64,000 nucleotides of DNA from a virus, in the IMG/VR virus record IMGVR_UViG_3300048999_000173, positions 19,577 through 83,576 of that record. The stretch is one strand, 5' to 3'. The position numbers and the translations under genes are program-made. This document shows, piece by piece, positions 20,312 through 30,237 of the stretch (position 1 is its first letter; every line of letters starts with the position of its first letter). A model generated the notes under the pieces. That model searched no databases. It was not told where the DNA came from and saw only the letters and a program-made list of their open reading frames with translations.

Positions 20312-20697
20312 CACCCGACGAACTTGCCGACCGGCTCGAGCACGCCGCCATGAAGGTTGGCCCGGCAATCCAGAGGGGCGTGAAGCACACGGCCACGCTC
20401 GGCGCCGCACGGATCCGAGGGAACGCGTCCGGACGCCCGGGCCCGAATGTCATCAGCGGCGCCTACCGCAATTCCTGGCAGCCCGCTCCGCTCCGCGCGA
20501 TGCCGTATGGCGCGTCGTGCACCATCGGCACTGAACTGCCGTACGGGCGGCGCCTGGAATTCGGGTTCACCGGTACCGACAGCCTGGGCCGGAACTACAA
20601 CCAACCGCCATTTCCGCACGTAGAACCCGCCATCGACTTCATCGGAACCCTTCTGCTGGGGCAGATGAAGATGGCCGTGGCGGAGGTCCTGCTGTGA
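20308..20697 (+). CDS. HK97 gp10-family neck protein
   Basis: GPNVISGAYRNSW, YGRRLEFG, QPPFPHVEPA. Confidence 0.85.
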   Translation: MTPDELADRLEHAAMKVGPAIQRGVKHTATLGAARIRGNASGRPGPNVISGAYRNSWQPAPLRAMPYGASCTIGTELPYGRRLEFGFTGTDSLGRNYNQPPFPHVEPAIDFIGTLLLGQMKMAVAEVLL

Positions 20698-21149
20698 TCG
20701 ACACACTCGCCGTGACCAAAGCCCTGGTCTCCCTCCTGGAATCCGCCACCGGGAAACCCGTGGGGGAGGGACGCCGCCCCGACGACGCAGACGACCTGTC
20801 GCACTACTACATCCTGTACTTCATCACCCGCAGCACAGACGGGGCCGCCTTCTCCGACCTCAACGAGGACGCCGACATCACCTACCAGGTGACCTCCGTG
20901 TCCGGTCCCGACCCGACCGAGCCGGACAGCTACGGCACGCAGTCCCAGATCCAGTGGATGGACGACAAAGCCCGCCAAGCGATCCTCGGACGCGACCCCA
21001 ACACCCGCAGGTGGCTGTACGACTTGACCGTGCCCGGCTGCCGCGTCACCGCACGCCGGTCGGCCGGGGAAGCAGGGGAAACACCCGACGCAACCGATGC
21101 AATCATGAGCAGTGCACCGAGGTTCACTTTCTGCGTGACCTCACCCTGA
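20694..21149 (+). CDS. tail terminator
   Basis: Position before the tail tube; YYILY, YQVTSV. Confidence 0.7.
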   Translation: MIDTLAVTKALVSLLESATGKPVGEGRRPDDADDLSHYYILYFITRSTDGAAFSDLNEDADITYQVTSVSGPDPTEPDSYGTQSQIQWMDDKARQAILGRDPNTRRWLYDLTVPGCRVTARRSAGEAGETPDATDAIMSSAPRFTFCVTSP

Positions 21150-21286
21150 CTAGCTCAGGACGTTAGACCGCACCGCGGCGGGACCCCACGCGGACGCCAC
21201 CACCACAGGTGGCCGCCACCCATACACCACGTGTAAGGGGCCGGGTCCCGAAAGGATCGCACTGGCCCCGGGACCAAGGGGCCCCC

Positions 21287-22093
21287 ATGCTGCTCGCCAG
21301 GCCGAAGAAGTACATGCGGCGCGGCACTTCCAGGTTCTACCTGGTGCCGACGATCGCCGCCGACTCGATGATCCCCACCCGCGCCGAACTCTCCGCCGGC
21401 ACGGAGTTCTCCGCCTACATCGCCGCGATGGACGGATGGACGGTCGCCAACCAGGAGATCGACACCCCGGACATGGCGGACACGTACGACTCCACCATCC
21501 CGGGCTCGGACAAGGCCGACACGTCCACGTTCACGTTCTACGAGGACGAAGAGGACGCCGACCTCGAGGAGCTGTTCGCGAAGGGCACCAACGCCCACAT
21601 CGTGATCCTCCGCAAGGGCGACGTCCCCGGCAACAAGTCCATGGACGTGTTCCCGATCCGGGTCGCCTCCCAGTCCCCGCAGTACACGGTGGACAACCAG
21701 GCCGCCCAGTTCATGGCGACCTGCTCCATCACCAGCCGCCCCCTGCAGGGCGCCGCGGTGCCGCTCGCGGGCACCGACGAGGTCCAGACCGTCACCATCA
21801 CCGGCACCCCGACCGGCGGCACGTTCACCCTGACGTTCTCCGGCCAGACCACCAGCGCGATCCCGTACAACGCGAATGCTGCGGCCGTGCAGTCCGCGCT
21901 GGAAGCGCTGTCGAACATCTCCTCCGGCGACATCGTCGTCGCGGGCGGCCCGCTGCCCGGCACCCCCGTCACCGTCACGTTCAGCGGCGGCTCCTACGAC
22001 GGAGCGGACGTCCCGCAGATGACGGCGACGGCCTCCTTCACCGGCGGCACCAGCCCGGCCGTCGCGGTCACCACGACCACCCCCGGCGGCTGA
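21287..22093 (+). CDS. major tail tube protein with C-terminal accessory domain
   Basis: PTRAELSAGTEFS...DVFPIRV tube fold; C-terminal domain similar to the decoration insert. Confidence 0.85.
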   Translation: MLLARPKKYMRRGTSRFYLVPTIAADSMIPTRAELSAGTEFSAYIAAMDGWTVANQEIDTPDMADTYDSTIPGSDKADTSTFTFYEDEEDADLEELFAKGTNAHIVILRKGDVPGNKSMDVFPIRVASQSPQYTVDNQAAQFMATCSITSRPLQGAAVPLAGTDEVQTVTITGTPTGGTFTLTFSGQTTSAIPYNANAAAVQSALEALSNISSGDIVVAGGPLPGTPVTVTFSGGSYDGADVPQMTATASFTGGTSPAVAVTTTTPGG

Positions 22094-22196
22094 CCCAGCC
22101 GACGTCCCCTCAGTTCCTGGCCGGGCGCCCGCGCCTTGGGAAGGGCCCTCGTCGCCCGGCCAGGTCCCGCCCCCCTGACAAAGGACACCACCGAGC

Positions 22197-22754
22197 ATGC
22201 CCACCACCCCGAGCACCCTGCCGGAGCCGCCCGCCAGCGCGGTCGCCGCCGACCCGCACTGGACCGCCACCCGCGAGAAGCTCCGCAACCGGCAGCGGCC
22301 CACCGCCTCCCTGGTCATCTGCGACGACCCGACCGTCCGCAAGGCCCTGGAGGAGGCCAAGTTCATCGTCCGCAGTGTCACCGCCTCCCTGGACGCCAGT
22401 CCCGACGACGCCAGCCTGAAGAAGGACCTGACGGCCGCACAGAAGACTCTGGACGCGGCGCAGGAAGCGTTCGACGCCATCGCGGTCACGCTGCGGTTCC
22501 AGGCGATGCGCCGGCCCGACTTCGAGGACCTGAAGAAGAACCACCCGCCGACCGAGGAACAGGCTGAAGACGGCCTATCCGTCAACGTCGACTCCATCGG
22601 GCCCGCGCTGATCGCCGCCTGCTCCCTGGACGGCATCACCGCCGACGACGCCTCCTACTACCTCGACGAATGGGCCGAAGGCGAAGCCGCCGCCATGTTC
22701 TCCACCGCCTGGAACGTGCAGTCCGGGGTGCGCATGGACGTGGGAAAAGGCTGA
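22197..22754 (+). CDS. tail assembly chaperone G
   Basis: Between tube and tape measure; ends in slippery G GGA AAA. Confidence 0.8.
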   Translation: MPTTPSTLPEPPASAVAADPHWTATREKLRNRQRPTASLVICDDPTVRKALEEAKFIVRSVTASLDASPDDASLKKDLTAAQKTLDAAQEAFDAIAVTLRFQAMRRPDFEDLKKNHPPTEEQAEDGLSVNVDSIGPALIAACSLDGITADDASYYLDEWAEGEAAAMFSTAWNVQSGVRMDVGKG

Positions 22755-23122
22755 CCTCCGATGACCGCTTCCGCAGCGACATGGCCTTGTGCCGGGAGTA
22801 CGGCATCCCGCACAGCCAGTTCCTCGGCGCCGGAGACGGCACCTGGACGCCCCGCGACCGGGCCAAGGCCCGCGCCTACGAGGAGTTCCTGCGGACCGTG
22901 TGCCCCCAGTGCGGCACCCGGGAGTCGGAGTGGGTCACCGAGGACGGCGAGTACGAGGACGCCTACATCGCCGTCACCCACCGCTGCTTCGGCTGCGAGG
23001 AGATCGCGAACAAGCAGGACGAAGTCCCTGAGGGCAAGGCCGGGGCCGGGGTGAAGGTCCTGCTGCTGCCCGCGTCGATCCGCGCGGCACAGGAGGTCCT
23101 GGAGGAACTGACAGCCCGGTAG
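22742..23122 (+). CDS. tail assembly chaperone T segment (-1 frameshift, GT fusion)
   Basis: GGGAAAA at 22742-22748; -1 frame continues GKRLTSDDRF...CPQCG...HRCFGC. Confidence 0.8.
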   Translation, partial: GKRLTSDDRFRSDMALCREYGIPHSQFLGAGDGTWTPRDRAKARAYEEFLRTVCPQCGTRESEWVTEDGEYEDAYIAVTHRCFGCEEIANKQDEVPEGKAGAGVKVLLLPASIRAAQEVLEELTAR

Positions 23123-23161
23123 CGGGCGCCGCAGCGACAACACGGAAGGGAGGGCAGGGGA

Positions 23162-26100
23162 GTGGCCAACTGGAACCTGTCGGTAGACCTGCGCGGGCAC
23201 GGCAACGACCTCGCCCAGTCCCTGAAGTCGTCCGCGAAGAACGCCCGCACCCTCGCCAACGCCGCCCGAACGGCGAAGACCGAGGTGAAGGAGCTCGGTC
23301 AGGCGTCGCTCACCGCGTCCCGGCACGTACGCACCCTCGGCAGCGAAGCCCGCACCACCGCGCGCCGCCTCAACTCCCTGGGTGACGGCGCCCAGACCGC
23401 GGCCCGCCGCCTCACTCGCTACGGAGATGCAGCACAGACCGCGAACCGGCACGTTAACTCCCTGGGCGACAACTCCCGCACCAGTGCCCGGCAGCTGGCC
23501 CGCATGTCCGGGCAGATCGACACCGCCGTCCGCGACCTGCTGCGCCTGGCCGACGCCGCCCGGCGCGCCGACGCCCGCCTGACCCGGGTGGGCGGCGCGG
23601 GCGTTACCGGGGTGCGCCGCTACAGCGAGGAGACCGGCCGGCTGCGCAGCCACCTCGTGTCGGTGGCCGCTCTGCTGTCCGGCGGCGCCCTGGTCATGGG
23701 TGCCGGGGAACTGATCAAGCAGGGCAACGAGTACCAGCAGGCGATGAACGCGTTCGGTGCGACCACCGGCGCCACGCAGATGCAGATGAAGCGGGCCGGA
23801 GCGACCGCCAACCAGCTCGGCGGCGACCTGAAACTCCCCGGGGCGACCGCCGCGGACGCTGCCGACGCCATGGTGGAACTCGCCAAGGCGGGATTCCGGA
23901 CCGACCAGGCGATCTCCGCCACCCGGGCCAGCCTCACGCTCGCGTCCGCCGCGCAGGTCAACGCCGCCGACAGCGCGAAGTACTTGGGCGACATGATGGA
24001 CCAGTTCGGCCTCGGCGCCGACCAGGCGTCCGTCGCCGCCGACACCCTGGCCGCCACCGCCAACGCCGCCAGCGGCGACATCACTGACATCTACTACGCG
24101 ATGAAGTACGCCGGCCCGGTGGCGCACGGGCTCGGGATCTCCCTGCAGGAGACCGCGGCCGGCGTCGGCATGCTCGGCAAGGCGGGCATCCTCGGCCAGA
24201 CCGCGGGTACCACGCTGCGCGGCATGTTTGCCAACCTGGCGGCCCCCACCAAGCAGATGACCGAGGGCCTGGACTCCCTGGGCATCAAGGCGTGGGACGC
24301 GCAGGGCAACTTCAAGGGCCTCCGCAACATCATCGACGGCCTGTCCAAGGCCCAGCACACGATGAACCAGCAGGACTTCGCGGCCGCCGTGAAGAAGGCG
24401 TTCGGCAAGCCCGCGATGTCCGGTGCCATCGCCATGGCCCACCAGGGCACCGCCTCGTTCGACTCGCTGATGCAGTCCGTCTCCCAGACCGGGGCCGCAT
24501 CGGAGATCGCCGCCGCCAAGGGCAAGGGCCTGGCCGGTGCGATGCTGCAGCTCAAGACGCAGGCCAAGCAGACCGGCCTGACGATCTACCAGGGGACGGC
24601 GCCCGGCCTCGAGCGCCTCACCCGCGCCGCCACCGACGGCCTGTCCAAGGCCACCCCGCACATCAAGGAGTTCTTCGACTACCTCAACTCCGCATCTGCC
24701 CTCCTGGGCCCCGACATCGGGAACGCCCTGAAGAAGGAGTTCTCCGGGATCGGCGACGCGGCCGGCGACATGATGGCCCCGCTGAAGGACCTGGCCGGCA
24801 CCGCAGCCGCCGACGGCCTCCACCTCCTGATCACCGCCGGGCAACTGGTCATCGAGGTCCTCAAGAACGCCGCCGACGCGATCCAGCCCATCGTGTCCGC
24901 CCTGGACGGCCTGTCCGGCGAGTCAGGGACCGTCGCCTCCACCATGGACCTCGTCGTCACCGCCCTCGACCTGGCCGCCACCGCCGCAGGCGCCCTCTCC
25001 GGTGTACTCGTCCCGATCGGGCACGTCGTCGGCACCCTTGTCTCCGGGTTCGCCGCCCTGCCCGGCCCCATCCAGCAGTTCGTCCTCGCCGCGCTGCTGG
25101 TGCGCCGCATCCAGCCCGGCATGACCGGCCTGGCCACCACCGTCCGCACCCGCGTCGGCGGCGCCTTCCAGGCCCTCAACCAGCAGATGGCCGTCCAGCG
25201 CGGCCTGGCCGCCTCCGCCGGGGTCTCCCTCACCCGCTACGGCGCCGCGATGGCCGTCCTCCAGACGCGGGTCCCGGTCATCGGGCAGATGGGCAACGCG
25301 TTCCGTACCGCCGCCACACAGGGCGAAGGCTTCCGCGGCACGCTGCGCGGCATCACGGCCGCCGCCGGGACCGGGCTGCGCGGCGCGATGGGTGGCCTGA
25401 TGGGTGCGATGGGCGGCCCGTGGGGGCTCGCCCTGACCGGGCTCACCGTGGGCCTCGGGCTCCTCGCGGACTCCCAGCAGAAGGCGGCCGCGCGCGCTGC
25501 CGAGCACAAGGCCACCATCGACGGCCTCACCTCCGCGATGCGCCAGTCCAACGGGGTCATCGACGAGAACGTCCGCCAGCAGGCCGCCCAGACCATCCAG
25601 AACACGAAGCTGGCCGGCAGCAACCAGACGCTGTCCACGTTCATGGGGAAGATGGGCTACAGCCTGTCCGACCTGACGGACGCCTACCTGGGCCAGGGCA
25701 CCAGCGTCGACAAGCTCGCCGACAAAATGCTCAACCTGGCGCGGGCGAAGGGCGCGGAGGCCCTCAAGGACGGACCCCACAACGTGGACAAGTCCGTCAT
25801 GGCGCAGGCCAACGCGTACGCCGCCGCCGGGAAGGCACTGAAGGGCATGTCGGGGGACGCCTCGACCGCGGCGAAGAACGCCAAGGACCTGGACGCGGCG
25901 ACCAAGGGCACCGGCGACGGGGTCAGCGCCTACAGCAGGCTCAAGGACGCCGTCACGGCGCTCGGCGACAAGACCGCGGACGCCGACCAGCGCACCCGGG
26001 CCCTGCGGGACGCCCTCGACCTGCTGTCCGGCGGGTCCGTGTCACTCCAGGCCGCGCAGGCCCGCGTGAACGAGGCCATCACCAACGCCAACGAGGCGAT

Positions 26101-28405
26101 GCAGGAAGGCATCGACCACGCCGACGGCTGGGGCAAGGCCCTCATCAAGGCCAACGGGTCCCTGGACACCACCACGAAGAACGGGCAGGGCCTGTTCAAC
26201 ACGTTCAACACGATCGCCGACGGCGCGTCCAACGCCGCGGTGGCCGCCTACGACTTCGCCCAGTCCCAGGGCAAGGACCTGCCTTCCTCGCTGGCCGCCG
26301 CGCGCCGGGAGATGCAGTCCGCCCGGGACTCCGCGGTCAAGCTGGGCACCCAGTACGGGCTGAGCAAGACGCAGGCCGAAGGCGTCGCTGACTCCCTGGG
26401 CCTGATCCCCGGACAGGTTTCGATCCTCCTCCAGACCGAGGGCGTCGACTCCACCCTGTCCGAACTGGTCGCCGTACAGGCCGCGTTCCAGCAGGTCCCG
26501 AACTCGAAGACGGTGACGGTCGATTCGATCAGCACCCAGGCGAAGGCGGACCTGGAGGACCTGGGCTACAAGATCGAGCTGATCCCCGGCACGCGCGAAT
26601 ACAAGATCACGGCGCCGACGAAGCAAGCCCGCGACGACCTCGACCTCCTCATCGGCGAGATGTCCAAGGTCCCGCCCGCCAAGGGCGTCCAGGTCGACGC
26701 GAAGACCGCAGTCGCCATCGGTGAACTCGAAGCCGTCCAGGCCAAGATCGAGACGACGCACGGCAAGACCATCACCATGAAGGCGCCGACCGCGGCGGCT
26801 CAGACCCAGCTCGAAGCCCTCGGCTTCAAGATTCATCAGGTGCCGGGGTCGAAGAACGTCACCATCAGCGTCCCCACCGGCGGCCCGAAGAGCGCGGTCA
26901 GCTCCATCCAGAGCGCCATCAACAGCCTCCACGGCAAGACGGTCACCAACTACGTCAACTCGATCGTCACGACCACGAAGAAGTCCGTTCACGAGGTCGT
27001 CGGCAACGCGGACGGCGGCGTGTGGGACTACTTCGCCGACGGCGGCGTCCGCGCGCCCCGCGTCACCAAGTTCGCCGGTGGCAGCGAGAACCACGTCGCA
27101 CAGATCGCCCGCGGTGGCGACTGGCGCATGTGGGCGGAACCCGAGACTCACGGCGAGGGCTACGTCCCCTTCGCCCGCTCCAAGCGACCCCGCTCCCGGA
27201 AGATCACCGAAGAGATCGTGCGGCGCCTGGGTGGCGACCCGTCCGCCATCCAGTGGAACGCCGACGGCAACGTCACCGACTGGCGCTACGACCCCGCCAC
27301 CGGCTCCCTCTACTCCGCCTCCGACGCCGGACAGGCAGGCCACAAGACCAAGAAGGTGAAGGTCAAGGTCAAGGGAAAGGTCACGACGAAGGACGTCGAC
27401 TACTTCGACATCGGGGCTGTCGAAGCGAAGCTGAAGTCGGCGGCCAAGGCGACCACGGCCTGGAACAAGGACCTCGAGAAGGTCGCGGACCGGGCCGGCG
27501 GAGACGTCGCCGACGCCCTCGCGGGCATGGGCGAGGACGGCATGAAGCTCGCCCACAAGATGGCCACCGGCAGCACCAAGTACATCAACGACATGGCGGC
27601 CGCCCTCCGCAACCTGCAGAAGACCGCGAAGGCTTCCCTGACGGACTACACCCGCCAGCTCGGGCAGTCCAACACCCTGACCAAGGCGTTCTCCGACAAC
27701 CTGGCCAAGCTGGCCGCTGAGGGATTTGGCGACCTCGCCTCCCAGCTGGCCGCGCAGAACGACCAGGCAGCGCAGGAACTGGCCGCCGCCGCGGTGAAGG
27801 ACAAGGGCAAGGCGTCGAAGGCGAACGCCGCGGCGAAGACCGCGAACAACGCGCTGACCGCCGACCAGGTCTCCGAGCTCGTGCAGATCATCGCAGCGAT
27901 CGGCACATCGAAGACCGGCATCCACGACGTGGCCGCGAAAACGCTCCTGGGCGAGGACGAGATCATCACCGTCGGGAACAAGGCGAAGGCGCAGATCTCC
28001 AAGGCGCTCGGCACCCGCGCCACCAAGTTCCTCGCCGACCTCGGGCGCGCCAACAACCACCTGTCGTACGCCGACGGCGGCATCCGCTCCGGGATCTACG
28101 CCACCCGGGGCGGCGCCGTCACGTTCGCGGAGCCGGAGACCGGCGGCGAAGGCTTCATCCCCCTCAGCCCGAGCAAGCGGCGCAGCGCCCTGCCTGTCCT
28201 CGGGGACATCGCACACCGCTTCGGCCTGGGCCTGACCGACGTGGCCGCCTCCCGCGCGGTAGTCGTCATCCGGGAGGGCGGCGACACCCACGTCAGCGTC
28301 ACCGCGGTCCGCACCGGCGCCACCGCGTCCGACATCGGATCGCAGGTCGGGCGCTCCGTCCGCCGCGCGCGCAGGGGAGGGGTGAACGCCCGTGCCGGAT
28401 CTTGA
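23162..28405 (+). CDS. tape measure protein (TP901-like core)
   Basis: 1747 aa Ala-rich helical; YAGPVAHGLG...AGTTLRGM; central hydrophobic segments; FADGG motifs. Confidence 0.95.
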   Translation: MANWNLSVDLRGHGNDLAQSLKSSAKNARTLANAARTAKTEVKELGQASLTASRHVRTLGSEARTTARRLNSLGDGAQTAARRLTRYGDAAQTANRHVNSLGDNSRTSARQLARMSGQIDTAVRDLLRLADAARRADARLTRVGGAGVTGVRRYSEETGRLRSHLVSVAALLSGGALVMGAGELIKQGNEYQQAMNAFGATTGATQMQMKRAGATANQLGGDLKLPGATAADAADAMVELAKAGFRTDQAISATRASLTLASAAQVNAADSAKYLGDMMDQFGLGADQASVAADTLAATANAASGDITDIYYAMKYAGPVAHGLGISLQETAAGVGMLGKAGILGQTAGTTLRGMFANLAAPTKQMTEGLDSLGIKAWDAQGNFKGLRNIIDGLSKAQHTMNQQDFAAAVKKAFGKPAMSGAIAMAHQGTASFDSLMQSVSQTGAASEIAAAKGKGLAGAMLQLKTQAKQTGLTIYQGTAPGLERLTRAATDGLSKATPHIKEFFDYLNSASALLGPDIGNALKKEFSGIGDAAGDMMAPLKDLAGTAAADGLHLLITAGQLVIEVLKNAADAIQPIVSALDGLSGESGTVASTMDLVVTALDLAATAAGALSGVLVPIGHVVGTLVSGFAALPGPIQQFVLAALLVRRIQPGMTGLATTVRTRVGGAFQALNQQMAVQRGLAASAGVSLTRYGAAMAVLQTRVPVIGQMGNAFRTAATQGEGFRGTLRGITAAAGTGLRGAMGGLMGAMGGPWGLALTGLTVGLGLLADSQQKAAARAAEHKATIDGLTSAMRQSNGVIDENVRQQAAQTIQNTKLAGSNQTLSTFMGKMGYSLSDLTDAYLGQGTSVDKLADKMLNLARAKGAEALKDGPHNVDKSVMAQANAYAAAGKALKGMSGDASTAAKNAKDLDAATKGTGDGVSAYSRLKDAVTALGDKTADADQRTRALRDALDLLSGGSVSLQAAQARVNEAITNANEAMQEGIDHADGWGKALIKANGSLDTTTKNGQGLFNTFNTIADGASNAAVAAYDFAQSQGKDLPSSLAAARREMQSARDSAVKLGTQYGLSKTQAEGVADSLGLIPGQVSILLQTEGVDSTLSELVAVQAAFQQVPNSKTVTVDSISTQAKADLEDLGYKIELIPGTREYKITAPTKQARDDLDLLIGEMSKVPPAKGVQVDAKTAVAIGELEAVQAKIETTHGKTITMKAPTAAAQTQLEALGFKIHQVPGSKNVTISVPTGGPKSAVSSIQSAINSLHGKTVTNYVNSIVTTTKKSVHEVVGNADGGVWDYFADGGVRAPRVTKFAGGSENHVAQIARGGDWRMWAEPETHGEGYVPFARSKRPRSRKITEEIVRRLGGDPSAIQWNADGNVTDWRYDPATGSLYSASDAGQAGHKTKKVKVKVKGKVTTKDVDYFDIGAVEAKLKSAAKATTAWNKDLEKVADRAGGDVADALAGMGEDGMKLAHKMATGSTKYINDMAAALRNLQKTAKASLTDYTRQLGQSNTLTKAFSDNLAKLAAEGFGDLASQLAAQNDQAAQELAAAAVKDKGKASKANAAAKTANNALTADQVSELVQIIAAIGTSKTGIHDVAAKTLLGEDEIITVGNKAKAQISKALGTRATKFLADLGRANNHLSYADGGIRSGIYATRGGAVTFAEPETGGEGFIPLSPSKRRSALPVLGDIAHRFGLGLTDVAASRAVVVIREGGDTHVSVTAVRTGATASDIGSQVGRSVRRARRGGVNARAGS

Positions 28406-29294
28406 CCTCGTCGACTGGCAGTACGACCTCGGTGGTGTCCTCATCGGCAAGGGCACCGCCGTCAACATCATCGAGACCACAGGCCTGGGACGGCCGCCCG
28501 TACGCGACAACGACGTGGACCAGCCGTCCATGGACGGGCAGTGGGCGGGCCCCGACTACTGGGCCGGACGGCAGATCCAGATCGACGCCGCCATCAAGAT
28601 CCCCGGGGATGCGGACGCCTGCCACGACATGATCGCCACGCTTCAGGCCGCGTCCGACCCGGCCGCCGTCCGCCTCGTCGGCGGCGCCGGCATGACGGTG
28701 CGCATCAAACGCCCCGGGCGCCCGGTGAAACGCCTCACGGCCCGCATGCGCAAGCTGGACCCGGAGTTCAAGGACGTCCTGCACGGCTACGTCCCCCTCG
28801 ACATCGAACTCCTCGCGCACGATCCGACGTTCTACGCCGACACCGAGTCCGTCACCGAGATCCCTCTGGGATGGCTCACCGGGGGAGGATTCGCCGCCCC
28901 CGTCGCCGCCCCGATCTACGTGCAGGACGGCACCGTCGCCGCCGACCGGCCCGGCTGGGTCACCAACCAGGGCGACACCGACGCCTGGCCCGTCATCCGC
29001 ATCACCGGCCCGTGCTCCAACGTGTCGATCATCCACGCCGACTCCGGGCGCACCCTCGCCCTGCCCACCCTGAACCTGACGGCCGGCCAGTGGGTGGACA
29101 TCGACACCCGGCCCGGATACCGCACCGTCACCCGGGAGAACGGCGGCAACGCCTCCACCACCCTCTCCCCGAGCAGCCGCATCGACCTGTTCTCCCTGCC
29201 GCCCGGCCAGTCCGAGATGCGGTGGACCGCCTTCGACAACACCAACACCGCCCGCATGCGCCTCACCTGGCGCGACGCCTACATCGCCCTGTGA
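28392..29294 (+). CDS. distal tail protein
   Basis: Follows TMP; DPTFY, NQGDTDAWPVIRITGP, LPPGQS, WRDAY. Confidence 0.85.
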   Translation: MPDLDLVDWQYDLGGVLIGKGTAVNIIETTGLGRPPVRDNDVDQPSMDGQWAGPDYWAGRQIQIDAAIKIPGDADACHDMIATLQAASDPAAVRLVGGAGMTVRIKRPGRPVKRLTARMRKLDPEFKDVLHGYVPLDIELLAHDPTFYADTESVTEIPLGWLTGGGFAAPVAAPIYVQDGTVAADRPGWVTNQGDTDAWPVIRITGPCSNVSIIHADSGRTLALPTLNLTAGQWVDIDTRPGYRTVTRENGGNASTTLSPSSRIDLFSLPPGQSEMRWTAFDNTNTARMRLTWRDAYIAL

Positions 29295-29304
29295 GGACCT
29301 GACC

Positions 29305-30237
29305 ATGAGCCTGTTCCCCCGGCCCATCCTGACCAACGGGGCCACTCACTCCGCGCAGCAGTTCCGCCTCCTGGTCCGCGACCTGGCGCGCGGCGCCGAA
29401 GGAGTCACCGAAGGCGACGACCTGAAAGTGACCCAGCGCTCCACCCCCGGCGCCGGAGTGACCGTCAGTGACGGATCCGGCGTCATCCAAGGACGCGTGA
29501 ACGCCTATCAAGGCCACTACGCGATCTGCAACACCGGGTCCTTCGACGTGGACATCGCCTCCACGTCGGCGACCCCGCGATCGGACATGCTGATCGTGCG
29601 TGTCGAAGACCCCGAGTACGAGGGCTCCCTCAACCCCGCCACCCAGGACGTCTGCTACTTCCAGGTCCTCTCCGGAGTTTCCAGCGGCGCCACCGCCATT
29701 CCCGACGGACGTACCGGCATCCCGCTGGCCCGGATCGACATCCCGTCCAGCACCAGCACCATCACCAACGCAATGATCACCGACCTCCGGAAGGTCGCCA
29801 ACCCGCGCCGCGAACGCACCCGCTACCTGTACTCCCCGCCCTCCCTGACCGAGTTCTCCGGGGACGGCGTCTACCGCACTCTCGGCGGCGCCGGCGCACC
29901 CTGGACCATCCCCGTACCCTCCTGGGCCACCAAGGCGATCATCTCCGTCGACGGGTCCAGCATCCGCCTGTCCACCAACCCGATCTTCGGCCAGTTCCGG
30001 TTCCTCTTCGGTGCCTCCCTGACCGGGCAGTCCGTCAACCTGGACGACAACCAGACCGGCGTCCGGCGCATCACCGCGATGACCGCCGACACTCTCACGC
30101 TGCCCTCCGCCTACCGCGGCACCAATCAGGTCCTCACCCCGCAGTTCACCGGCCAGACCGGCTACGGCGGAAAGATCGGATACGACGGCGCCACCACCAT
30201 TTTGGCCGACGTCGAATTCATCGAGGCCCCCCGGTGA
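29305..30237 (+). CDS. minor tail / baseplate protein
   Basis: PRSDMLIVRVEDP, IPLARIDIP...ITDLR. Confidence 0.75.
   Translation: MSLFPRPILTNGATHSAQQFRLLVRDLARGAEGVTEGDDLKVTQRSTPGAGVTVSDGSGVIQGRVNAYQGHYAICNTGSFDVDIASTSATPRSDMLIVRVEDPEYEGSLNPATQDVCYFQVLSGVSSGATAIPDGRTGIPLARIDIPSSTSTITNAMITDLRKVANPRRERTRYLYSPPSLTEFSGDGVYRTLGGAGAPWTIPVPSWATKAIISVDGSSIRLSTNPIFGQFRFLFGASLTGQSVNLDDNQTGVRRITAMTADTLTLPSAYRGTNQVLTPQFTGQTGYGGKIGYDGATTILADVEFIEAPR

Noticed and set aside
16080-22090. Duplicated segment as a DGR template/variable repeat
   Set aside because: No reverse transcriptase; both copies are coding and differences are not adenine-specific.
27000-28170. Duplicated ADGG...AEPETxGEG motif in the tape measure as a novel domain
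   Set aside because: Common C-terminal motif of actinophage tape measure proteins.
12918-28531. Long minus-strand ORFs (e.g. 12918-14843, 22658-24844, 26042-28531)
   Set aside because: Antisense shadows of high-GC3 genes; no motifs or RBS.
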